Shown here one piece after another: positions 37,097 to 46,291 of a stretch of DNA of 64,000 nt. Source of the DNA: Polyangiaceae bacterium (GTDB taxonomy: Bacteria; Myxococcota_A; Polyangia; Polyangiales; Polyangiaceae). A program made the position numbers and the translations under genes. The DNA is taken from assembly GCA_050287085.1 (NCBI GenBank), contig JBNKBE010000003.1:303350-367349 (forward strand). The letters are read 5' to 3'. Below the pieces are notes generated by a model that worked only from the letters and a program-made list of their open reading frames with translations, ran no database searches and was not told the origin of the DNA. How positions within the stretch are numbered: the first letter of the stretch is position 1; every line of letters starts with the position of its first letter.

Positions 37097-39627
37097 CAGG
37101 ATGCGCCTCGAAGGCGCCTTCACAGGGTGACGTGTCAGGCCAAGGCGCATCGCTCTGGGGTAACCAGCAAGGCGCGATAATGGTCATGGGCTTGTTCATG
37201 GCCACGGTGCTTGTCGGCGCCTTGTACTACGTGGTCGGGATTGGCGAAGCCGTCGCCCACCGCGAGGCCATGCAGGACGGCGCAGACGCCGCCGCACTTT
37301 CGGCGGCGATCACCATCGCCCGCGGCATGAACGCGATCGTTCTGATCAACTTGGTGATGGCCGCGCTCGTGCTGATCATTCTGGTTCTCAAACTGATCGT
37401 CACCCTGCTCGGTATCGCCGCACTCATCTTGGCCGGATGCTTCATGTTCGGTCTGGCTGCTACAGTCGGCGGCTGGGCCTACGAGGTCAATCAGGTAGCG
37501 AACGAAGTACAGAACATCGTCTTTCGGGCATTGGAGGTTTGCCACTACGCGGAATACGTCGTCAAGATCGTCACTCCGGCAGCTGCAGAAGTCGTCACCG
37601 TGACCGACTCAACGGCTCCTCCAGTGCAAATGGCGGTTGTACTTCCCGATCGCTGGACGCTGCCGGTCGAATCGGGTGACTACTCCAAGTTGTGCCGAAA
37701 GGCAGGTGAGTGGACTGGACAGCTCGTTGGCGAGCTCCTGCCATTGCCTCGCTTCGTGGTCAAGGCGCTGAAGAAGGGTGTGGGAGCTCTCGCCGAAAGC
37801 TTGAGCGAGTGGTTCTGCGGCGATGGCGGAGCACGTCCCCCTATGTCGGGCAGCCCGCCGAGCGTCAAGTACGATACCGACAAGGTGTTCCCCACATGGG
37901 CTGAGAACGACCGCTGCGAAGCGAAACGCCTGGACGGAAGCGTCGAGTACGCCACCGCGCCCGGAGAAGGCAAGTGGGATATCGACTCGCCTCGTCCCTA
38001 CAAGGCGGGCAGCACTTGTGACAACGCCGAGAAAACTCGACAGTCTATGTTGCCCCCCGAAGACCACTACGACGATCTCGACGCGATGTGCGAAGCCCCT
38101 TGCGATCGCAAGATCTACGAGTCGAACCTGAGCAACGCGCGTCAGGAGTGCAATGCCGCCAAGCCCGCACACGGAAAAGAGCCGAAGGGCTACATGTACT
38201 CCACAGCGAGGTTCGTCGACGTCTACGAGTGGCACAAGCAGAGCAAAACGTTCTCATTGGTCGATACTGAGGTGAGCGACATCGACGTTCATGGTCGCCG
38301 CGAGGAGGCTCCCTCCGGCAACGGCATCAACGCCGAAGCGCCACCGGCTTCGAACAATCCTTGCGCGAGATACTGGCTGACATTCGACCGTTTCAACAGG
38401 AAGTTGAAACCCTGGAACCTCGCTCCCAACTCGCCCAACGGGGAAATCCGACGTCCAGTTTGTGGTCCAGAACCGACGGGCATTCCGCAGGTGGACCCCA
38501 AGCGCCCCCCGATGCTTGAAGACGGTGCCCTGGTCAAGACCGACCCTTACACCGCGGTCCTGGACGTCTACTACTGTACGATCAAGGTTACCCAAGAACG
38601 CCAGATCTCGATGGACGGCCTGGGGGGCCTGGGCGGAAGTGTTCCCGGAGGCGAAGGAGAAGAACAGGGCGACGACAAGAAGGCCCCATTCTTCGTGGAA
38701 AAGGGATTGGAACAAGGGGCAGGCGCCTTTCAGGTCCGGTCGATCGCCATTGGAAAGGGTGCGCCAGGCGCCTGGGTAGACCGCGTGATCAACGTGGGCG
38801 CTTGGGGCAAACGACTCAAGTGGAGCGAACCCGGTTTGGACTTCGTCGAGGACCTCAAGCTCGGCAACTTCGCGCTCGCGCAAGCTGAGTTCTTCTTCGA
38901 GCCCCCCTCCGACAGCCAGGACGACCATGCCTCCCGAGTTCGACGCGCGACGGACAAGGACAGCTGGAATTGGGAGATGGGTTGGCGTGCTCGCCTTGTC
39001 CCCTTCACCCTTCCTTCCAAGAAGGACGATTCGGGCAAGCAGGGCCAGTCTTCCTCGCAACCCAACGCACGAGGTGGCGGTACGCCTCAACCCGGCACAC
39101 GAGGCGGAGGTGCCCAGCCCCCGACCCAGCCGGGGCAATCCAGCGCTCAAGGTCCAGGGTCGACCGATAGCAACGCGCCACCGCCCCGAAGCCCTGCCGA
39201 CTTCAGCCTCGACCCTTCGGTTTCCTCCCTGCTGCCGCCAGCAGGTGACTATACGAAAGCAGCGCTGAACCAGGCAAAGAGCGGTCTTCAGGAACAAGCG
39301 GGTGCCTTGCCCTGTGTTCCAGGTGCCAGTGTCGGCCTCTTCGGAACGAAGTGTTCACCCCTCCCCGGACTCCCCAATCCGGTAACCGGACTGGACAGAC
39401 TGGACCCGTCGTCACTGCCTTCACCCCAGAGCCTGCTCGATTCCGGAACGTTCTCTTCCCAAGGCATCTCAAAAGCCGCTCAGAAACTCCTTCCGGAGAA
39501 ATTCAGGTTCCCGCCCACGCCGGAAACGCTCTGCGACATTGCAAAAGTGGCAGATGCCGACATCGGCAAGACCTGCGTGCAGGTGATCACGACCGTGGGC
39601 GACGTAGCCGCGCTCATCAATCATTGA
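37093..39627 (+). CDS. tadG: TadG-like large Cys-rich pilin / tip protein
   Basis: QQG|AIMVM (no Glu at +5), MQDGADAAALSAA Tad motif, extra TMs, Cys-rich body; ATGA overlap with tadE. Confidence 0.8.
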   Translation: MTGCASKAPSQGDVSGQGASLWGNQQGAIMVMGLFMATVLVGALYYVVGIGEAVAHREAMQDGADAAALSAAITIARGMNAIVLINLVMAALVLIILVLKLIVTLLGIAALILAGCFMFGLAATVGGWAYEVNQVANEVQNIVFRALEVCHYAEYVVKIVTPAAAEVVTVTDSTAPPVQMAVVLPDRWTLPVESGDYSKLCRKAGEWTGQLVGELLPLPRFVVKALKKGVGALAESLSEWFCGDGGARPPMSGSPPSVKYDTDKVFPTWAENDRCEAKRLDGSVEYATAPGEGKWDIDSPRPYKAGSTCDNAEKTRQSMLPPEDHYDDLDAMCEAPCDRKIYESNLSNARQECNAAKPAHGKEPKGYMYSTARFVDVYEWHKQSKTFSLVDTEVSDIDVHGRREEAPSGNGINAEAPPASNNPCARYWLTFDRFNRKLKPWNLAPNSPNGEIRRPVCGPEPTGIPQVDPKRPPMLEDGALVKTDPYTAVLDVYYCTIKVTQERQISMDGLGGLGGSVPGGEGEEQGDDKKAPFFVEKGLEQGAGAFQVRSIAIGKGAPGAWVDRVINVGAWGKRLKWSEPGLDFVEDLKLGNFALAQAEFFFEPPSDSQDDHASRVRRATDKDSWNWEMGWRARLVPFTLPSKKDDSGKQGQSSSQPNARGGGTPQPGTRGGGAQPPTQPGQSSAQGPGSTDSNAPPPRSPADFSLDPSVSSLLPPAGDYTKAALNQAKSGLQEQAGALPCVPGASVGLFGTKCSPLPGLPNPVTGLDRLDPSSLPSPQSLLDSGTFSSQGISKAAQKLLPEKFRFPPTPETLCDIAKVADADIGKTCVQVITTVGDVAALINH

Positions 39628-39634
39628 GGATGTC

Positions 39635-40228
39635 ATGAACTACAGGCGCCGCGTTACCCCTCGTCGTTCCCCCGCACCCCGGGTCGGCGCCCAGCGTGGT
39701 GCCGCGATGGTCGAGGCTGTGATCATGCTTCCCTTCTTCATTCTGATCTACTTCGGCATTCACTACTGGGGCGCCCAGGAAATCGCGCGAACGCTCGCAA
39801 AGCAACACGCTCGGAGCTGCGCGTGGACCTATTCAAACGACGCTTGCAAGGACACGGCCCGAGTGCAGAAGGTATGTGGCGACCGCGGACGCCTCCATTT
39901 TGGGCGACCTACCGACAGCGGGGGTGCTCCTGATTTGGAAAAAAGCGCGAGTGATCGAGTGAATCAGAAGACGGGTGGAGCCAATCTCCCATCTTCCGGT
40001 CGCAGCGGCAAGATCGGCGATTTCGCGGGCAAATGGCTCGATGAGGCTCTCGAGGCGCTGCTCGGCAAGAAGCGGACTCGAACCGCAAGCATCGACGTGC
40101 GCGCCCCCTCCCTCTTCGCCCAGAAGAGTACGCAGGTGTCGGGCTCCTATCGGCTGACGTGCAACCAAGAGCCGAAGACGATCCGACAACTCTTCAACGA
40201 GCTGTGGAAGAAGATAAGCCCCTTCTAG
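39635..40228 (+). CDS. tadE: TadE-like minor pilin
   Basis: QRG|AAMVEAVIMLP and ARSCAW; RBS GAGGA. Confidence 0.83.
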   Translation: MNYRRRVTPRRSPAPRVGAQRGAAMVEAVIMLPFFILIYFGIHYWGAQEIARTLAKQHARSCAWTYSNDACKDTARVQKVCGDRGRLHFGRPTDSGGAPDLEKSASDRVNQKTGGANLPSSGRSGKIGDFAGKWLDEALEALLGKKRTRTASIDVRAPSLFAQKSTQVSGSYRLTCNQEPKTIRQLFNELWKKISPF

Positions 40229-40257
40229 GACCTCAGACAGACCAGGCAGGCCGCGCG

Positions 40258-41178
40258 ATGGGAATAGTGAAGCGATACCTTGTACAACGATTGGACCGAC
40301 CTTGGGTGAGAGTCGGTCTGCTTGCCTTGACGCTCACCGCAGTCTCGGTCCCCATCAGCTTGCGTATCGCACGGGCCCAGGCGGGCGCCGCGCTGGGCAA
40401 CCTCGCCGAAAACGTCGCAAAGCTTGCCCCTCCCAACGCCGAAGGTGCTCGACAAGCGCTCGAGGTCAACGGCTTTCAACTCGGCATGCGAGTCGAATCA
40501 TCGACGCTGAGCCCTGCTGAAGCGATCACGTTCGCGACCGATGACTGTCGGCTGAGCGCCGGAATGCAGCGCGCGCCCCTCGACTTGAACGATACATTGC
40601 CTTCGCTGAAGGAGCAGTCGAATCCCAGCATCGCCAACGGCGCTGAGGGCGTGCTAGTAGAGGAAACAGGCCAGGGCACCGTGGTCGCCTGCATCGATAC
40701 CAACGGCGTCGAGTGGCTCAGCCACGACATGCTGGAGCGGTTGGAACGCTTCATGACCAACGGCGAACTCGCGGAGTTGGGGGTCGTTCGCTACTACCTG
40801 GTACGTCCCAGCTTGCACGGCTCGACGATAGTACACATGTGGTCGGAGGGGCGTGCCCCCATTCTCAAGATGTTCCCAAAAGACGGAGATGTCCCAGGCA
40901 CGGATCACGACTTCGTACCGCGAGTGGGAGGACAACGCATGCTGTCCGCCAAAGTAGCGACGAATTCTGTGCTGAGCTATCGGCACGAGGGCGAAAGCGT
41001 GGACGCTGTCTGGGAACGCCTTGACGCCCGCCTCGCCGAACGCGGCTTGCGCTCCCGGCCTGTTGGAGAGGGCGCACCAGGGAAACGCGCTTGGGTCGGC
41101 GACGGCTCGCGTGAAAGCTTGGTCACGGTACAGTCGGTCAAGGGCACGACCTACCTGAGCGTCTTTGATCTGCCCTAA
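40258..41178 (+). CDS. Hypothetical exported/membrane-anchored protein, last gene of the pilin operon
   Basis: N-terminal hydrophobic segment VGLLALTLTAVSVPI, globular body, 29 nt after tadE. Confidence 0.7.
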   Translation: MGIVKRYLVQRLDRPWVRVGLLALTLTAVSVPISLRIARAQAGAALGNLAENVAKLAPPNAEGARQALEVNGFQLGMRVESSTLSPAEAITFATDDCRLSAGMQRAPLDLNDTLPSLKEQSNPSIANGAEGVLVEETGQGTVVACIDTNGVEWLSHDMLERLERFMTNGELAELGVVRYYLVRPSLHGSTIVHMWSEGRAPILKMFPKDGDVPGTDHDFVPRVGGQRMLSAKVATNSVLSYRHEGESVDAVWERLDARLAERGLRSRPVGEGAPGKRAWVGDGSRESLVTVQSVKGTTYLSVFDLP

Positions 41179-41234
41179 TCCGAGCACACCAATCGTGCGA
41201 CACGGCCCTCGTGCAACGCGGCCCCGTCGTAGAC

Positions 41235-41678
41235 CTAGCGCTTGACGTCGGGCTTGCCAAAGCGCCGCGGAGGCGATGCCTCTCCCGCACCTGGTCCCGA
41301 CGTCGCGCGACTTTCGTCGCTATCGACCGAAGCCGGCTCGGCTGGAGCGCCAGCTCCGGCCGTCACGTCCCCCTTCGCCGCACCGCTTCCCGACATGGCA
41401 CCCACCAACTCGTCAACGCTTCCCGCTCCCAGGGCCGACTGCACCGCTGGATCCGACAGCAGTGTACGCAGCTTGGCGGCCCCCTTCGCTCGGCCCTTCT
41501 CAAGAGCTTCAGGCAGTGACGGAAAGTCCAACCTGGGAGGCGGAGGCTGACTGCTCGTGCCGAGACTGCCAATCATGGCGCCCGCCTGCCTAGCAATGTC
41601 GACCAAGTACTCGTGAAAAACGATCGCGGCCCCTAGAGCAGCCGTGAAGACAGTCAGATTGATGGCGCTCTTGAACAT
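41235..41678 (-). CDS. Small hypothetical membrane-anchored protein
   Basis: RBS GAGAGGAG before ATG at 41678; N-terminal TM; low-complexity tail. Confidence 0.6.
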   Translation of the reverse strand: MFKSAINLTVFTAALGAAIVFHEYLVDIARQAGAMIGSLGTSSQPPPPRLDFPSLPEALEKGRAKGAAKLRTLLSDPAVQSALGAGSVDELVGAMSGSGAAKGDVTAGAGAPAEPASVDSDESRATSGPGAGEASPPRRFGKPDVKR

Positions 41679-41992
41679 TGTTGCCGCTCCTCTCGACAGT
41701 CTCCATGATGGCCCTCTCGCCGCTGCCGCCGCAAGCACTGAGTATCACGCCAGCGTCTCACCGCACGGCCCAACGGCACGCCGGCGTGTCCGCCCCTACC
41801 GGCAACTGGGCCCCTACCGGCTGCGGGGAAAGCCGCGACGTTGACAGAACGCTCGTGTAGGGGCTTCGTCGCCAGTCGCCTGCCATACGGCCCCTTCCAG
41901 TTCGTTTGCGACCCTACGGGCACCGAGCCCACTGCCCGCTGCTTCGCGCCACGAGGCTGCGCCACCGCCATTTCTCCGCTAGGCTCGATGTC

Positions 41993-43492
41993 ATGGTCAC
42001 CGCGCCCCTGCCCACCGGGGAGTTCGAAGAACTAGCAATCCTGATACGGGGCCACCACGCGCTCATTCACCTCGATGCTCGCGAACTGACGCGCGTCAGC
42101 CGGCTGCTTCACAGCCTAACGGCAGAGTTCGACATGCCATATTTCGAATGGGCACCGGGCGCGGGTCTCAAGCGCGGCGATCAAGCGATGGCTGTCTACG
42201 GCACAGAGCCGCTCAACCAAGCCCTAGCGCATATCGCCAGCAGCAATGTCGTGGCTCTGTATCACTTCAACATGGCGGGGGGATCGCTGGACGAACCACG
42301 AACCATTGCTCTTCTGCACCGCCTGAGTGAACTCTTCAGCCAACACAGCGGCGCGTTGGTGTTCACATTCGTTGACTCATTGCCCAAGGAGGTAGACGCG
42401 GCGCTCGCCCGCGTCGAACTCAAGGGCCCCAGCGCCAAGGAATACTACGAATACCTCAGCGGCATCGTGAAGGACATCCAGAGCCGGCAGCGCGTAGCGG
42501 TGCGGCTCAACAAGGCCCAGCTGCTGGAGCTACTGGGACACCTCAAGGGTCTGACCCTGATGGATGTTCGCCGCCTGATCACTGCGGCCATCATCGAGCG
42601 GGGGGCCCTCGACGAAGAAACGATTCGCCGCGTCATAGACGCCAAAGCGCGCAGCTTTGGGCAGAGCCCCGGCCTCGAATACTTTCCAGCGGAAAGCGAC
42701 TTCAAGGGAATCGCGGGCATGCGTCGCCTGCGGTCATGGTTGGACAAGCGTCGACCGCTATTTGCCGATCCTGGACGGGCGAAGAAGTACGGCCTGACGC
42801 CACCTCGAGGACTGCTGCTGCTGGGTGTTCAGGGGTGTGGCAAGAGCACGGCGGCCAAAGCGGTGGCGACCGCCTTCCGTCTCCCCCTGCTTCGTCTGGA
42901 CGCCGGCGGGCTCTACGACAAGTACGTCGGTGGTACAGAGAAAAACCTGGGACAAGCGCTGAGTACGGCCGAACGTCTCGCCCCCGTCGTGCTGTGGGTC
43001 GACGAAATCGAGAAGGCCCTGAGCCGCGGTGGTGATAGCGACGGCGGCACGTCCCAACGTGTATTGGGCACCTTCCTCACCTGGCTTGCCGAAAGCCAAG
43101 CGGGTGTCTTCGTTGTAGCAACGGCCAATGACGTCACTCGCCTGCCCCCAGAACTACTCCGCAAGGGCCGATTCGATGAGATCTTCTTCGTCGATCTGCC
43201 TTCGACAGAGATTCGCCAAGAGGTATTCTCCGTTCATCTGTCCCGACGCGGACGCGACCCGGCGCAATTCGATCTGGAGCGACTGGGCGCTGCGTCCGAC
43301 GGCTTCAGCGGCGGAGAAATCGAACAGGCTGTTGTGTCAGCTCTGTTCTCAGCATTCAACGCAGGTTCGGAGCTTAACACTGAACTCCTGCTAGCGGAGC
43401 TCCAAGACACCCGTCCGCTATCGATCATCATGGGTGAACAGGTGCAGGCACTCCGCGCTTGGGCGGCGGCGCGCACTGTGGCAGCGGACTAG
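41993..43492 (+). CDS. AAA ATPase, Ycf46-like
   Basis: Degenerate N-terminal domain, then [50 protein letters not shown] and LRAWA. Confidence 0.9.
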   Translation: MVTAPLPTGEFEELAILIRGHHALIHLDARELTRVSRLLHSLTAEFDMPYFEWAPGAGLKRGDQAMAVYGTEPLNQALAHIASSNVVALYHFNMAGGSLDEPRTIALLHRLSELFSQHSGALVFTFVDSLPKEVDAALARVELKGPSAKEYYEYLSGIVKDIQSRQRVAVRLNKAQLLELLGHLKGLTLMDVRRLITAAIIERGALDEETIRRVIDAKARSFGQSPGLEYFPAESDFKGIAGMRRLRSWLDKRRPLFADPGRAKKYGLTPPRGLLLLGVQGCGKSTAAKAVATAFRLPLLRLDAGGLYDKYVGGTEKNLGQALSTAERLAPVVLWVDEIEKALSRGGDSDGGTSQRVLGTFLTWLAESQAGVFVVATANDVTRLPPELLRKGRFDEIFFVDLPSTEIRQEVFSVHLSRRGRDPAQFDLERLGAASDGFSGGEIEQAVVSALFSAFNAGSELNTELLLAELQDTRPLSIIMGEQVQALRAWAAARTVAAD

Positions 43493-43515
43493 CGCCAGAA
43501 CGCGCGCCTCTTCTC

Positions 43516-43731
43516 GGGCGAACTACCAAACGCTCCGTGCGCCCTCTCGGTCTGTACTTCTGGGGTCCCGCGTGGATCCTAGGCTCGTACTGCGAATTGC
43601 GTGAAGACTACCGAAACTTTCGCGTGGATCGCATCCAAGCATTGGAAGTTCTGACTCGAACATTCGACCCAGTGTCCCCCAACACTCGGGCGGAGTATCT
43701 GCGCGCTATGCTTGAACGCGACGCCCTCTAG
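43516..43731 (+). pseudogene. C-terminal WYL-domain remnant of a YafY-family regulator
   Basis: RSVRPLGLYFWG..WILGSYCELREDYRNFRVDRI is a typical YafY WYL segment. No HTH domain and no room for one, since the AAA ATPase gene ends at 43492. Confidence 0.8.
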
Positions 43732-43747
43732 CCCCAGGACGGGACAA

Positions 43748-44914
43748 TCAGGACAGTCGCGCCTTGTAGTCGGAGTAGCCAAACCTGCGCACGACCTGTG
43801 GGGGCCTCCCACTCGCCGCCACCACGATGTCGGGATGGTGAACACCGTTGAAGAACGTCGTCTTCACCATCGTATAGATTGCCATATCGTAGAACACCAA
43901 GCGCTGCCCAACCTGAAGTGGTCGCTCAAAAGAGTACGCCCCTATCACGTCCCCAGCCAAACACGTGGGTCCTCCCAATTCGTAGCTATATGGCTTCTCG
44001 TTTGGCTCGAACGCGCCTTCAATCTTAGGACGATAGGGCATCTCCAGCACGTCTGGCATGTGGGCCGTAGCCGAAACATCCAAAATGGCTACCGGCCTGG
44101 GACCGTCCACGATATCGAGCACGCTCGCCAATAGGACCCCGGCGTCCAAAGCGACGGCCTCACCCGGCTCGAGGTACACCTGGACGCCGTAGCGCTCACT
44201 GAATCGACGAATCAACGACACCAACTGGTCCACGTCATAGCCGGGCCGAGTGATGTGGTGTCCGCCCCCAAAGTTCACCCACTCCAATTGCGGGAGAAGT
44301 GCGCCGAAACGCGCCTCGACGGCGTCGAGCGTGCGAGCGAGGGCGTCAGCGCCGAGCTCGCAGAGCGTATGAAAGTGCAGACCGCTGATCCCTGGCGGCA
44401 AGCTAGACGTATAGCCCCGCGCCTCGAACTCAGCATAACGTATGCCGAGACGCGAGCCCGGACGACAAGGATCGTAGAGCGCCGTTGTGACTTCCGAATG
44501 CTCGGGATTGATCCGGAATCCAAAAGCGATGGGGCGACCGCTGCTGCCCGCGAACTCTCGCGCCGCGGCCCCAAAGCGTTCCCACTGCCCGAAGGAATTG
44601 AAAACGACGTGATCGCTAAGGCTCAGACACTCCGCAAGCTCTTCCTCGGTATACGCTGGCGCATAGGTGTGCACGGCACCCCCAAACTCTTCACGCCCCA
44701 GTCGCGCTTCGATAGCGCCGCTGGCACACGTCCCAAAGAGATGGGGCCTCAGCACATCGAAGGTCGCGTGGGCCGCGAACGCCTTCAGCGCCATCAATAC
44801 CCGCGCGCCTGAGCGCTCCGCCACACTGGCGAGTACTTCTGCGTTGGCCTGCAACGCGTCCAGATCGATCACAAAAGCTGGGCTACTGATCCCGTCGAGC
44901 TTTGGAGCGCGCAT
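43748..44914 (-). CDS. nspC: Carboxynorspermidine decarboxylase
   Basis: ALKAF, RINPEHS..LYDPC..SRLG, GLHFHTLCE, NFGGGHHIT, HMPDVLEMPY, CLAGD and YTMVK..FNG. Confidence 0.95.
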   Translation of the reverse strand: MRAPKLDGISSPAFVIDLDALQANAEVLASVAERSGARVLMALKAFAAHATFDVLRPHLFGTCASGAIEARLGREEFGGAVHTYAPAYTEEELAECLSLSDHVVFNSFGQWERFGAAAREFAGSSGRPIAFGFRINPEHSEVTTALYDPCRPGSRLGIRYAEFEARGYTSSLPPGISGLHFHTLCELGADALARTLDAVEARFGALLPQLEWVNFGGGHHITRPGYDVDQLVSLIRRFSERYGVQVYLEPGEAVALDAGVLLASVLDIVDGPRPVAILDVSATAHMPDVLEMPYRPKIEGAFEPNEKPYSYELGGPTCLAGDVIGAYSFERPLQVGQRLVFYDMAIYTMVKTTFFNGVHHPDIVVAASGRPPQVVRRFGYSDYKARLS

Positions 44915-44932
44915 GATTGTTGCCTTTCGAGC

Positions 44933-46120
44933 TCAGGAAGTCACGGGCAGTTCCATCACTTGCCAAGGCAAACCGCGTACGGCGAGCTCGGTCAAGAAGG
45001 GTGCCGCAGGGAACTCTTCCATGTTGTACACGCCCTTCTGATGCCAAGTCCGCGTCAACATCATCTTGGCCCCGACCATAGCGGGCACGCCAGTGGTATA
45101 AGAGACGGCTTGCGCCTGCACTTCGCGGTAGCAGGCCGCGTGATCGCAAACATTGTAGATGAACACCCGCCGTCGCGCGCCGTCTTTGACGCCTTCAATG
45201 ATGCAGCCAATGCTCGTCTTGCCCTCGTAGCCCTCTGCCAGTGAAGCAGGGTCGGGAAGTACCGCTTTGAGAAACTTCAGCGGAACGATCTCGCGCCCCT
45301 CGTAGATGACCGGATCGATCCGCGTCATGCCAACAGCCTCCAAGACGCGCAGATGGGTCAAATACGCTTCTGAAAAAGTCATCCAGAAACGAATACGACG
45401 AAGACCTTTGAGATGCTGCGCCAAGGACTCGAGCTCCTCGTGGTACATCAGATAGGCGCGCCGTACCCCAACCTCGGGGAAGTCGAAATCCTGATGCACG
45501 GTCAGCGGATCGGTCGACTTCCATTCGCCGTCCTCCCAATAGCGTCCACGCGCCGTGACCTCTCGAATATTGATCTCGGGGTTGAAGTTGGTCGCAAACG
45601 CCTTGCCATGGTCACCCGCATTGCAGTCAACGATATCCACGTAATGAATCTCGTCGAACAGCTCGGCCTGCGCGTAGGCACAGAATACATTGGTCACCCC
45701 CGGGTCAAACCCCGAGCCAAGCAACGCCATGATGCCGGCTTCACGGAAGCGCTCTCGATAAGCCCATTGCCAGCTGTACTCGAACTTGGCTTCGTCCGGC
45801 GGCTCGTAGTTCGCCGTGTCCAGGTAGTCCGTTCCCGTCTCCAAGCAAGCATCCATGAGATGCAAATCCTGGTAGGGCAAGGCTACATTGAGCAGCAAGT
45901 CCGGACGAAACTCACGGATCAGGGCGGCGGTCTCGCGCACGTTGTCGGCGTCGACACGCGCGGTCCGGACCGGACGCGGCAGCTGGCGAGCAATCGCGTC
46001 GCACTTGCTGAGCGTCCTGCTGGCGAGACAAATCTCGCTGAAGGTCTCAGGGTCCTGGGCACACTTGTGGGCTACGACGGCGCCGACTCCGCCAGCGCCG
46101 ATGATTAGTACCTTGCTCAT
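44933..46120 (-). CDS. Carboxynorspermidine dehydrogenase (saccharopine dehydrogenase family)
   Basis: IIGAGGVG, NVALPYQDL, YLDTANYEP, GFDPGVT, FATNFNPEIN and YHEELESL; RBS AGGAGG; directly upstream of nspC. Confidence 0.93.
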   Translation of the reverse strand: MSKVLIIGAGGVGAVVAHKCAQDPETFSEICLASRTLSKCDAIARQLPRPVRTARVDADNVRETAALIREFRPDLLLNVALPYQDLHLMDACLETGTDYLDTANYEPPDEAKFEYSWQWAYRERFREAGIMALLGSGFDPGVTNVFCAYAQAELFDEIHYVDIVDCNAGDHGKAFATNFNPEINIREVTARGRYWEDGEWKSTDPLTVHQDFDFPEVGVRRAYLMYHEELESLAQHLKGLRRIRFWMTFSEAYLTHLRVLEAVGMTRIDPVIYEGREIVPLKFLKAVLPDPASLAEGYEGKTSIGCIIEGVKDGARRRVFIYNVCDHAACYREVQAQAVSYTTGVPAMVGAKMMLTRTWHQKGVYNMEEFPAAPFLTELAVRGLPWQVMELPVTS

Positions 46121-46261
46121 GAAGCCTCCTTGACTGGCCTCGGCAAGTCCGAAGCCCAAGATCGTCGAATCACTTTGGCGTCGCACCCGCCGGCACCGCA
46201 GCCGGGCAAGGTGATGGATCAGGCGGCGTCAGGCGGGTCGGACATCAAGCCGAACCAGCCT

Positions 46262-46277
46262 GGCAAACGTGGTGCCG
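46262..46277 (-). promoter_or_regulatory. Possible sigma-54 (-24/-12) promoter or palindromic operator
   Basis: Minus strand CGGCACCACGTTTGCC has GG-N10-GC spacing; it is also a GGCA-N7-TGCC dyad, ~140 nt upstream of the polyamine operon. Confidence 0.3.
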
Positions 46278-46291
46278 CTTGCGAACGCCAG

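Noticed and set aside
24056..41178. Conjugative T4SS (VirB11) or type II secretion system
   Set aside because: Flp motifs, CpaB, TadB/TadC and CpaA define a Tad system; no VirB4, relaxase or Gsp genes.
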